A stretch of DNA of 64,000 nt from contig OZ365118.1 in assembly GCA_977030845.1 (NCBI GenBank), forward strand, positions 14,570,001 to 14,634,000, given 5' to 3'. The notes under the pieces were generated by a model that did not search any database, was not told the origin of the DNA, and saw only the letters and a list, made by a program, of their open reading frames with translations. Of this stretch, positions 11,521 to 23,381 are shown one piece after another (the stretch's first letter is position 1; each line of letters begins with the position of its first letter). This DNA comes from Fimbriosthenelais zetlandica (taxonomy: Eukaryota). Position numbers and translations under genes: made by a program.

Positions 11521-11810
11521 CGTTGATACGCGACACTATCCACCTTCCGCTCTAAGAATAGGCCTAGTAGGGAAACACTGAAGTCCGAGTCTAATCCACT
11601 ATGATTGCCTCAACATCCAATCACCCCAATCAAAGTCAGTCGCACTTCAATGATTTCCTTCCAAACTCGTAGCTCAGCCTACCTCAGTACCTGTGCCAAG
11701 AGTCCTGAGGCTTGACCACCAGTAGAGGCTCCTCACGTCAGTCACGATATTTTTTATCACGGAATTACATACTTTCTAGACCGGGCCCAACGCATTTTAT
11801 CCTATCAACT

Positions 11811-11847
11811 CAAGTTCAACAAGTTCAAGTTCAACAGTGTTTATTTC
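11811..11847 (-). mobile_element. Possible 3' tail of a non-LTR retroelement
   Basis: The minus strand reads AATAAACACTGTTGAACTTGAACTTGTTGAACTTG: a polyA signal followed by (GAACTT)-type short repeats, as in LINE/SINE tails. Confidence 0.35.
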
Positions 11848-11949
11848 ACTCGGGAGGTCATAAGGAGTTTTATCACATTCAAACTGGACTGCGGCCTGCA
11901 TTTGTTATGGTGTAAAAGGTGAGCGATAATACAGGCAAACACTGGCCAG

Positions 11950-12101
11950 AGCGTTTGGCTCTACCTAGAGGCAAGGGACAGAACCTGGGTAGCGTAGATT
12001 CCCGCTAGTGCCACTAGGTGCCAGCACTCTTGCCTCGGTGACCAGGAAAGGGATACTGAGTGCTAGGTGGGACATGGATGACTAGTCTATAGACAAACGC
12101 T
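11950..12101. mobile_element. Putative small MITE
   Basis: AGCGTTTG(GCT)CTA at 11950 and its inverted counterpart TAGACAAACGCT at 12090-12101. Confidence 0.35.
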
Positions 12102-15100
12102 AGAGACAAAATTCGCCCTCCCCCTACAAAATCCGAAAAAAGAAGATCAGAAAGACTGTCAGGGAAAACAATCAAGCCACACCGAATACCGTAGGCCTAC
12201 CTAGCCTATTATATATACCGGTACACAAAAACATTTGAAGTGAAGTTTTAAATTATCTGGCTATTGGACAGAGTGAACTGATGAGAGATGAAGAACTTTT
12301 TATGAAGTCATTCAACCATGTCCTCTACTCGTGGACCCATATTACCTGAGCTCAACAAGTACGTGAATTTTGTCATCTTAGATTATCTTCGCAGTAATAT
12401 TTAAGATATGACTTGTTATGTATGTTCACTAGGCCTATTATCTCACCTCTGCCATTTATGTCCTTCGGCCATTCCTTCAAGTTTAGGTCTATCTACCCCT
12501 CATCCATTTCATTCATTCATTTATCATTCACTCATCCATTAAACCATCAATCCATTCATTAGGCCTAATTATCCATTCATCCACTTTTTCACTCACTCTA
12601 TCACTCACCCACCCATCCATCCGTCCATCCATCCACCCATCCATCTATGATTTACGTTGTATAGTGTAATAAGGATTTATCGTTATGTTGTGGTAGTTAG
12701 CTCGCATGATAAGCGCAGGGCTCACGGAACATGGCGTGTATATAGAGGGAGAGGCCATGTAATTATTGGTTTCTCTCATTTTATAAACTGTTTCCACAAG
12801 ACACGGCCAATTACCCCGTTTTATTTTCACCCATCGTGTGCAACAGGTCAACTAGTGGAAAATTACAATACATGGTGGCCATTTGCCTGCCGCTTATTAT
12901 ATATAAAAAGAAGACAGAAGTAGACAGATGGAAAGAAAACAAACCTATAGCGACCGATCCCGGGCCGCCCCCTGGTGATTCGATCTCAATATCCTGATTA
13001 TTATTCTATACATGTTATTTTTGGGAGATTATATAGTCAAATTAGTTTAAAAGGTGCTGGTGGTAACTGAAAAAAGTTACTTTTCCGGTGGATTTAAATG
13101 ATATTATCCCAGGGTTAGCCTAGGCAGAAAAGGTGCCAGAATGAATATATTAGGGGGTGGTTGTTGGAGGGGGGGGGGGGGGGGGGGAATGGGGAGGTAC
13201 ATGGGGATTAGGGGGGAATACATGTGGTTTTCCACACCCTGTGAAGGGTATTTAAGGGGGGTAGAGGGGGTGTCATTATTTGCCCCTCTCTATGCATGTA
13301 TGCATGGGAAGAAAAGGAAGACCCCTGAGACACATGTGAGCCTAACCCGCATATCGTATACATTAATGGCGTCCTTTATGCGTCACATACACTTGAAATC
13401 TTTTGATATGCACCGAGGCGTTGTCAGGTGCATTGTCAATCCCAATGACAGCCTGATTGATATTTTACATTCCTTTGCTGGAGCGAACACAGTTTCTTCA
13501 CATGGTACATACATGGACTTTTTTCTGGGAAAACTTTTTTTCAGGAAAAAAGGGGGAGGGGGCCCCGCCTATAGTCTGGTCATTACTTATATCAACCACA
13601 CATATCAGATTACCACTGAATTTTATCGTTTCCTTGGATCGCCTTTCAGGGATTATATACTGGCCTCTTTTGTCCCAGTGACATGCATTGAAATCTATCG
13701 ATAAGCAAACATTCATTTCATTATCCAGACATAGAAATCAATCATTTAATTTTTTTTAGTCCCTTGTTTGTTGCCGGCTGAATTTTTAAAATTAAAAAAA
13801 AACCATTATTTTGTGATGAAAGGAATGGTTGGTATAATATTATGGGCCAATATTATGAGCCATGGGGTTGATGAGCTCTTCCTATCCCCATGCTCTCGTC
13901 ACAAAGTTAAGGAGGAGTGTATTATTCATGGATGGCTTGTTTTTGGTGTAGGGGTCAACTGCGTTCAGTTTTTATGTCAAACCCCCTTGAAAGGAATCAC
14001 CACACATATTTACTCCGGAATTCTATGGTCTACCGTCCCCCCTGTAAAAGGGAGACGCTCATACAACCGGATTTCTCGAATGAAAAGAAATCCTGATCAT
14101 GATGTGTCTACATTCAAAGATGAACGATTGGATAGGTGAAGCAAACAACATGGTAGTTATAGACAGGCAGTGGGCAGGTTACATGCCTGGTCGCTCCAAT
14201 ACAAAGACCTCTTTTCATGCTATATATACTGAAGGTATTTTTTTTTATTTTTTAAAAAAGGGAAAAATCACAGACTTTGACATCAAATATGTCGGTTGTG
14301 AAAACAATCCTATTCACCGGGATGGGCCATTTTCTATCCCAGGTCTTCATGCTGCGAGATGTGCCTAATACAATATGCATTGCACATTTCACAGTCAGTC
14401 ACGCTTCAATGGCGCTTTAAACTTTAAACTAACATGAAGTAGTTGATGTTTGGATGGATCTAAGAGTGAGGACACCGCAGGTGCCACGCTTTGTGCGCAT
14501 GTTACTTACAAGATAGGATGATGTATGGATATGAATCCTGGCTCAAATTACAATGATCCAAAGCCATGCTACTTACATATCGTGGCCCTTTACCTTCAAA
14601 CATGTTCAAAGATCTCTGCCCCTTTCCCATATTATACACACATCTAAATTGGGGGTATTATCTGTCATAGGCCATCCTAGTAATAGACTCATTCTCTGGT
14701 ATTTTCCTTGTAATAGGTACCTGGGGGGAAACCAGGTAAAAAGGAAGGGCCTAATAAAAACATAATCTTCTTCCAGAAGAAGAGCTCCCTTTTTCCACAA
14801 AGGAGTGCATGCTTTTCCCCCCGACAAATAGGACATTACCCATTGGCTTTGTTCCTCTCTCCCCAACACCCACCCCCTCCCTTCAGACTTATTTTCGCCG
14901 GGAGGTATATAGGCGACACATGACGAATCATTGTGTGCAGCGAGTCAAGTAGACATGTTCTTGTCTTGTCCAACAGCAGTCTTCCTTCTTCCAAACTCGT
15001 CTATTCTTCACCCCCCTTAGCTCCTCAATAATCACCCATTCCATCTCCCCTCTTTCCTTTGTGTGTTTTTATAGCTAGAACGACAGGATAATTCAAACCC

Positions 15101-18100
15101 TGGGCCTCTCTGACTTATACATTTGAAAGGTGAATAGAAAATGCACAGCTGCGCAGTGACCAAGGGATCCAGGCAGGAAAAAATCATTTCCCCCCAAAGA
15201 TTACTTGATCATGGCGAATTACTCCGGCGCAACAATATCCCTAACGAATACCTGTGTGTATTCATGCGCGCGCTCGTCCCTGCGCAGATCTTTGAACATG
15301 TTTGAAGGCAAGGTCCATAAATCAGTTGAAATGTTCCACAAAGTCCCCAACACATGGGCCATAAGATTCAAATTACCACCGACTACCTCAAATTAATGTT
15401 ATCATGTCTACCTCAATGCACAATCCGTCCTTTGTGTGCTTTTCCTTCCCAAACAAATGGTTCTAACTGGCGCGTTTCAGTTTGATTGCAAACAGGTGTG
15501 TCGGTATATATTTGTCATTTTGAACATGTCTCTCTTGACCTAATAACTGGGTAAAAACTTGAGTTACAAGTGTATTTCAGCACGGCAGCTCTTCTTTGTG
15601 TTAGCAAACGGTTGGAGTGACGGACGGGCCCTATATTGGAGGGGCATTTGGCAGGGCCTGTGGGGGAAGGGGAAGGGAGGGTGGGACAGACAATTTACAT
15701 ACCTACCAATGTACATGAGACTTTGTCTAAACAGAAAATGCTTCTCTCCCATCACTATTCATCCCATAAGAATGAGATCATAGATAGAGATTAAATCAAA
15801 TGTGCGCTAGCATGGCCCTGTAGTTTTAAGCCCCCCTCAATAAAGTCGGGTGGGGGGATTTTATACACACCCACTGACTAGCAGTGACAAAGGCCAGCCA
15901 ATGCCTGCACCCGACGCTTTTGTCCCATTGTGTTACGTAACAAATGTTGAGTTTGACCCGCTTCTAAGGCTCCCAAAATATTTGATCTCATGGGGGCCTG
16001 AACTTTCCATGGCCCTTTGTCTCCCTACTGGACTCAGATTTTGGAAGAGCTTTTCCCCCGTCGGACCACGTGCATTTGGAGGATGGTGAAAAAGGTGAGT
16101 TTTCAACACTTTAATCAACAATTAATTGTTTTAACATTGTTCGAATTAAGCTCGAAACTGTTCACATTTCAGGACATGTGCAAGTCAAAGTAACATGGGA
16201 AAACGTTAATGAAATATTTTGATGAATCGCTATTTGAAATTTGGGAATTTTGTAACGTGTGATGGAGGGTAGATAAGAGTTTGCATGATGGCACTTTTAT
16301 TCCCCTTGCTGCCTTATCATGGCATTCTCGTCAGACATTCTTAGCTCTTGCAACATAGCTAGGCTACAAAACGAGACAGGTGGTCGCCTTTTGATTTGAC
16401 AAAACCTTTTATTTCTGGAGACAGAATTGAATGTCGGCTGGGCTAGCCTAATTTGAGATTCAGTGTCACGGTAAATGGCTAGCAGCAGACATGGCTAAAA
16501 TAGAATGGTGGCTGTGGTAGTGGGGGGACGGGCAGAAACCTCTAGTCACTGCGCCCTTCCATACAATGACATAGCCCCCCCCCCCTCACCCCCTCACCCC
16601 CGCGCGCGCACTCACAGAGCAATGGCCGAAACTTGACAAACAACTGTTGGACCTTCTGATCAGGGGCAGCCAGCACATGTTCCCCCCATGATGATGAGAT
16701 CATTATCTCCACTTCCAGGCCTCGAAAAAAAATCCCCAAACACCTGAAATTATAATCCAAAATAAATCGTTTAACTTTTAGGCGGAGTAATCTGTGAAAG
16801 TAAAAATCAATGGAGAAAAATTGAAAATGTTTGAATTTAATTGAATGAGGGGTCAAGACCTATTTTCAGCATCACATGGGTGGGTAGGGGTCTGGTCGGC
16901 TTGGGGATGGGAGTGGGGGTGGGGGGTGGGTGGGGTTTACAGGGGGAGTGTGGTCATCATTGGCCGTCTGTCCACTGCGTGGTAAGGGGTCAACGTGTCA
17001 CGGAGGGAAGTTGACCTGTGTCACAACCCCCATGCCCTTTGTCCAGATGAGCGCTGCTCATCAACATGTCTCGCCAGTGTGTATATGCTAACCTCTCACC
17101 CCCCCCCCCCCCCCCCCCCCCATCCTCTTCCCGTTCCCCTTCACTGACCATGACTGCTCACACCCGGCCACTGCCTGTATAGTCAATGTGTGTGAGTAGA
17201 GACAGAGCAGGATGTGGGTACTGGGTAGGTGAGGAGGAGTAGGAGAAGGAAGAGGCATGTGGCCATGTGTGTGTGCATCATGTATACCGTGCCCCTACCT
17301 TTGTTAGAGTGTGGCGCGAACCGCTGACTGCTTAACAGGTAGTAGTAGTTGAACGTCTGCCGCCACTACCGCGCACACCACCGCGCACCACCCCGGGGTC
17401 ACCAGGTGCAATCATGTCAACCATCCTCTCATAGATAGAATCCCGCCGACAAAGACAGGATATATGTGTACATGGACATGGACATTCATACACACTGCGG
17501 CCCATGCCCCGCCGACTGAATCATAACAATACGACGGCTGTCCAATGGTGAGTACTTTTGGGTCTCAGCCCTACTACTACTAGTAGCGGACGCCCGTGTG
17601 AACGCTGAGTAAAATGTCGTCTGCCTCGCGCTAAATAAGAGACGCCCATTGGTGGTGAGCGATAATTGGGAGGCTAAAGGTATAGGGTGGAATGATGGAG
17701 TATGAGGAACATAGGATTGTCATGGATTCAAGACGGGAGTGGTAGGACTGTCAGTGGGAGATCTTACATTACTGGACATGAGGTATGTCATCCAGGGTTA
17801 TTATGTCATTTATATGTGGAATATTTCTCTGACTTTGGGATGTGAGGGGGGAGAGAGGAGGAGGAGGAGAGTGAAGAGGGAAACATGAGTAAAGCTTTGT
17901 GTGTCAAGCCTCAGTGATGCTAGGCTTTGATCAGTCCCTTCTCCCCCTCTCTCTCTCTCCCAGCCATGTGCTCTCCTCTCGCCCTTCTCCTCCACCGGCC
18001 GCCAAAACCTACTACAGACAAAACCACCATCCCCCTTGCATTAACTTAAAGCCATGCTTAATAGCACATGATCAGCAGCGTCATGATAATGTTTATATAC

Positions 18101-21100
18101 ATAAAGACGAAGCAATATGGCTAGGCATTATTATTATGATAATGGTAGGGTAAACAAAATAGTGAGAGCTATCATGCTAGACAATGGTGGTCACATATCA
18201 TGGCATGCTAGTATGTATGCTACTACTATTCATTCTACTACTAGCCTAGCTCTGTCATGCGGTCAGGCTGGTGCTGGTGGATGTAGGGGGGAGAAGAGAG
18301 AGAGAGGGAAGGAGGAGAAGTAGTAGAGAGCAGTGATTGTCTGACCCAATTTCTAACGAGACACAGTTGGGAGGAAAAGAGAGAGAGAGAGGAAGGAGGA
18401 AGGTTGGTGGCTAAACAGGGAAGAGGACGGGAGAGAGAGAGAGAGGAAGGCTCTACTATATAACACTGATCATTCAGTCACCACTGATTCTGTGATGGTA
18501 AAAAGAGAGGTTGAGATGGTGGAGGAGGAAGGAGGAGGAGGAGAAAGCCGTGCTAAATACTCGTGTGTGGTGTGAGTGAGAGAGTGGTGAGTTAAGTTAT
18601 GACCCTTGCTAAACGCTTCTGTCACGACAAGGTGAGGGTTCAACTGGCTTTGTACCCCCCGGTCTTTGTACGCACCCCGGGGTGGTGACACAGCCATTAT
18701 TCACTGCCACTCTCAGCCTGTTTGTGCATGTTATTCATAACTGTACCCCTTCCCCCATTCATGATACGCTAGTTGCATGCATATTGGTAAATATGACAAT
18801 CATGCGAGCTTGGTAGGCGAGGGTGGCTGGTGGTCTGGACCAGGCGCGAGGGCCATGCATGCAACCTGTTCTTCCCTGCCCCCGTCACACACATGTCACT
18901 TTGCTGTCACAACCTTTGGCTACTCTACCAAAGCTAAAGGTATAGGATATCCCATCTTATATTCACTTTTCACCCCGCACCCTTAATTATTTAGGTTTCA
19001 TATCCACAACCTTGACATTTCCCATGCTTCATTTCCTATTCCATTACCTCACTTGTCATGATGCCTCAGATCGCGCAATGTTCTTTGATTTGTCATTGAT
19101 AATGTACTGATTAATGTATTTATTGCAGATTATTTAATTAACATGCGCAGGTATCAATTAATCATTCATGATTATCTCAAATCAATCTATCTTTCCATGC
19201 TCAGACATAGACATAAAATTAAGATTTTCTTCTTAAATATAGATTTTCCTCATTGCAGTCAGTATTATCAAACCACGTGACTTCAATTAATGTCTTAAAT
19301 GATTCATGGTGATTATTCATCATTTTTGCCTTCGTCATGCCTGGAAGTGTAGAGCCAGGATCGATATTTTCATACCTCAAGAATGGCAGCTCATTCACCC
19401 AGCATGCAGTCATGATTTCATTTATACTCATGTACTGGCGTGGACATTCCTTTGTGTTTAACATTTTTAACCCTATGACATCATTTTCTAGGGACCTGTG
19501 TAGTTTCCTTGGAAAAGGCATAACATACATATCCTGTTTTTATCTGATTGATTTAAAGACGTCCTGCTTCTCGGTGGTCCATGTATAAATCATGATTTGG
19601 GGGCAGGTGGGGGTGGGGGGTGGGGGTCCAATCTCACACCCATGCCTGGGTAAGTCCCCTTAGTTACTCATGCACCCCTTTGACATATAGATTATTCCCC
19701 CTGCCCCCTCCCACCCTAGTCAGATGTACTGATGGACTCTATTTACATATACTGAGCTTGGTTTCATCTGACCGTCCTATTCATTGTAGGATGCGCTACA
19801 ACTAAGTCAGCCCCCCTCCCACCCCCACCCCCACCCCCTTCTTCACCGACACCATAAAATGTGAACCGACTTTCTTTACATCTTTTCACACTCGGATCTA
19901 CACCACTGATAAGGCAAGCCGAATGTTTTGCATGTTTTATTTAACCATTCTTATTTGACTTCACTCACTCTCAGCCACATCTGTTTCCAATTTAGGGTTT
20001 ACACATTTACTGTGCCTTAGAACAGGCTTGTCACTTCCCTCTTCTCATATTAGATTAACTCACTAAATGTCATGGAAGTATTTCACTATCATTATAGTCA
20101 TTTTGACCTTTTGAAGTGACAGTTCCGCTTTAGACGTCAAGAATATTCGACATGTTTGAGAAAAAAACTACTATTTGGTTTTCACATATTAGAGAAATTT
20201 CTCATTCCCTATTTCATTCCTTTTTACTCGAAATGGTGATTTTACTGGGCTATTTTGGAAAATGCTTAAAATAATCTCAAGGTGTTAAGCCTATAATGTA
20301 TATCTATCTCTTTAAGTACCAATGCTTTAAAATGCTTTTCGTTTTTGAGTCACATGTCTCTTGTGATGAGTCAAAATTGTAACCGACAGAACACCCCAGG
20401 CCTATTACTGCGAGTTATTTATAGGCTCACTGTAATTATGCTCCCTTTGAGAAAGGGGATAATGGCGATAGGGTTATGTAATGAATAAGGAATCAGAGTT
20501 CACTTGTCTCCGCCCCTTCTCTGTGCCCCCTCCCTCCCAGTTCACTGTCCCCTACCGTCGTCCCTTGTCCCCCCCCCCCTCCCCTCTTTAGGCTTGTCTC
20601 CCTACCTGTGTCTCTTCCAACTTCCCCCTCCCTTCTCTCTTTCCCTCTACCCTCTCTCTCCCTAACTCTCTGTCTCTCTCTCTCTCTCTCTCATAAAGGT
20701 CCTAAGTAAAGATGTCTTGGGGGTGAGGATGACTGTTATAAAGTTTAAAAGCTCTCTTTTTTCCGCCCAGCTAATCATCTCATGTGAAGGTAGCGCCCAT
20801 GGTGTTAGAGGATGGGTCTGTTTCAGGCCGTCAACTTTTTGTTTTTCCCTCGCACTACCTTCCTTTGCCCCCTCGTGGCTTTCAGCCTGAAGGTGTTTAA
20901 AACGACAAAACTGTATCTTTCACATGGTTACCTAGATAAGGATGTTGTCAAAACTTCTACTAGTATATTGATAATTTGACACTGGCCTGTCACTTCACTC
21001 CTTTTTCTCAGGTAAAGTAATGTCTCCAAAAACATTTATTTTGGGTCATTGCCAAGTAGCACGTGATGGTAATTAGATAAGTGAAAATAAATTAATGTTC

Positions 21101-23381
21101 AGCTTTTACACGTCTCTAAAGCCAGGGGTGGAGAAACATTTCCTTCAGGTGTTGGAAGGATAAGTCTTAAAACTTAACTCGCAATAAACCATTTTAGAAG
21201 AAAGGAAAGAATGGAAACGCAGAAAGAAATTGCCTTTGGGGAAGAAAAAAGGAAAGGTGGATATGTAGACAGGGGTGGGGTGAGGGTGTATGTAGAATTT
21301 CACTGCTTTCAAACCTAGGGAAAATAAGAGAGAATATAAAAAGATGAAGGGAAAAATATTGGCACTCTATGACATGCCCCAGGCATAAAAATGTTTTGGT
21401 TTCAATTTACAAGTCATAGGAATAGGGACTGATTTTCTTCGTCATAATTTGTCGAATGATTCCTTGGAAATTGACACACAATGTGTTTGTTATTAGCCAT
21501 TTTGATTCATTCAATAAGAGCTGACATTATTTATAAAATAGATCCTGCTTGCGGGCAAATTCCAAAAGTATGTTCCCTAGTAATATGTACACACAAAGTA
21601 ACTTCCAGTTTCGGGAAAGCCCTCTTTTCCTTCGTAGTAAGGAACATCCGCCACTGCATTTCCGCGGTGATAAATATTCTAATTATGTGTACATGCAGAT
21701 TTTGTGAACCCAGAAAAAAGTACAAATCATTGTCATGTATATAAATAAACGTGCAATTCCTATACTATAGGTTCAAAGACAAAATATGAGTATTGTACCC
21801 CCTCCTTTCCCATCTGTCTCTTAGAGATGAAGAATCTCTTAATGGTGTTGGGGAAGATCTGGGAAATCTAACTTTAATGTGCGAAGACAGTGTACATTAA
21901 ATGGATATTTGGAGATAATGAACATGTTATAAACATGGACGTATGATAGCCCGCTGGTGTAGCATTGTGTGAGGGGCAGGAGGCCTTGTTGTGATGCTCA
22001 TTTACCCGTGATTGGACGCTGATTTAGCCGCCTTGGAGCGCCCGCTGATTTAAGCAGTGACAATGCCTCTCCCAGAGCTTTCTTATCTTTGATAAGATCC
22101 CCAAAGCGAACTCTTGCTGGTCCGAGTTGATCCTACCATGGCAGTAGGGGGCAAGTCTAGTATCCCGGGCCTGAGTGGAGGTAATGGGGAACATGGGACT
22201 TCATACATACATCCTGCCCACCTCCCGCACATGCCAGGCCCAATCCACAAAGTTTACCACTTATCAATAATTTTAACCCCCCGCCCCAGGGGATAGGGAA
22301 GCATTGTAGGAGTGTGTCCTTGGAAAACAGACCCATAGGACGGGGATTTCTACAGCAGTGCCTGGAACAAATTCGTCAATTTCTGAAGGCTAAAAATAAC
22401 CAGCAGTCCTTGAAGTCTTAATGTTGAAGGGAACATTTTCAATGCAGTATAGGTGCATATTTCACAAGGGAAAACTGCTGCAAATAATTACTGGGAAAAT
22501 ACAGCAGTTTTCATTGTTTGTTCAAGTTTATTAAACCTTTGAATAAACTCGTGCTGAAATTCAAAAGCAATGAGCTGGGTAAAGGCAGAGTTTGAATTAA
22601 AGTCATGCAGGTGTGTTTTATACAAATACGGTAATTTCGTCCCAAGGTCTAAGAGTAGAATTAATATTGTTCCGCCTCTACTGTTCAGGAAATCCCATCC
22701 ATTTTGATGGAGTGCTGCTTAGGAAATGCAAAATGTAGAATGTTGGTTGATGCGAAAGTGTTTTAATTGAACTCTGCATTAGTTGTATAGATAATTGTAC
22801 ATGCGTGTAGTCATTGTAATTTTTATGTAAATTTGTGAACTTTTAAGCAGTTTGCAATCTGTGAAATTAACTTAAATTTTCAGACATCGCCAACATTTTT
22901 AAGCCTCGAGATTAGAAGATAGTCGTCTTAAAATGAAACCAATGAATCCTTCCAAAAACGAATTTTGCTCCTAAAATCCCATCTATTCTTTAACTCGTGT
23001 GTGTCAAATAACGATAAGTGATGTGACTTTGAAACCATGGCAGGCTTGTGCACCTGTAAATGTTTCTTTATCCTTGTCAATCACATAATTAGGAGCTTTC
23101 CTCTGCTGGAGATGAAACTCTGATGGCGCCTGCCTGAGAAAAAGTTAATAGCTTCGTGATGAAATGTATTTGAAAGGAAATCAAATTATGACCCAAAAAC
23201 GTTTCTTCATTTGCAGTGATTTTGATGAGTCTTGATGGGCCAAAAAGATAGTAATGGTTGTTATTGATTTCAGCGCTGTGCGGGCCTGTCTGTTTGGAGA
23301 AGCTTATGTTGTACCTTTCTTCCCTTCTCTCTCTGTGTGTATTTCCCCTCAACTTAACTTTTCTCTTCTTTTGTTTTGCAG

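Noticed and set aside
13141-13704. 187-aa ORF
   Set aside because: Built from G-runs and repeat-like DNA, with no domain or splice context.
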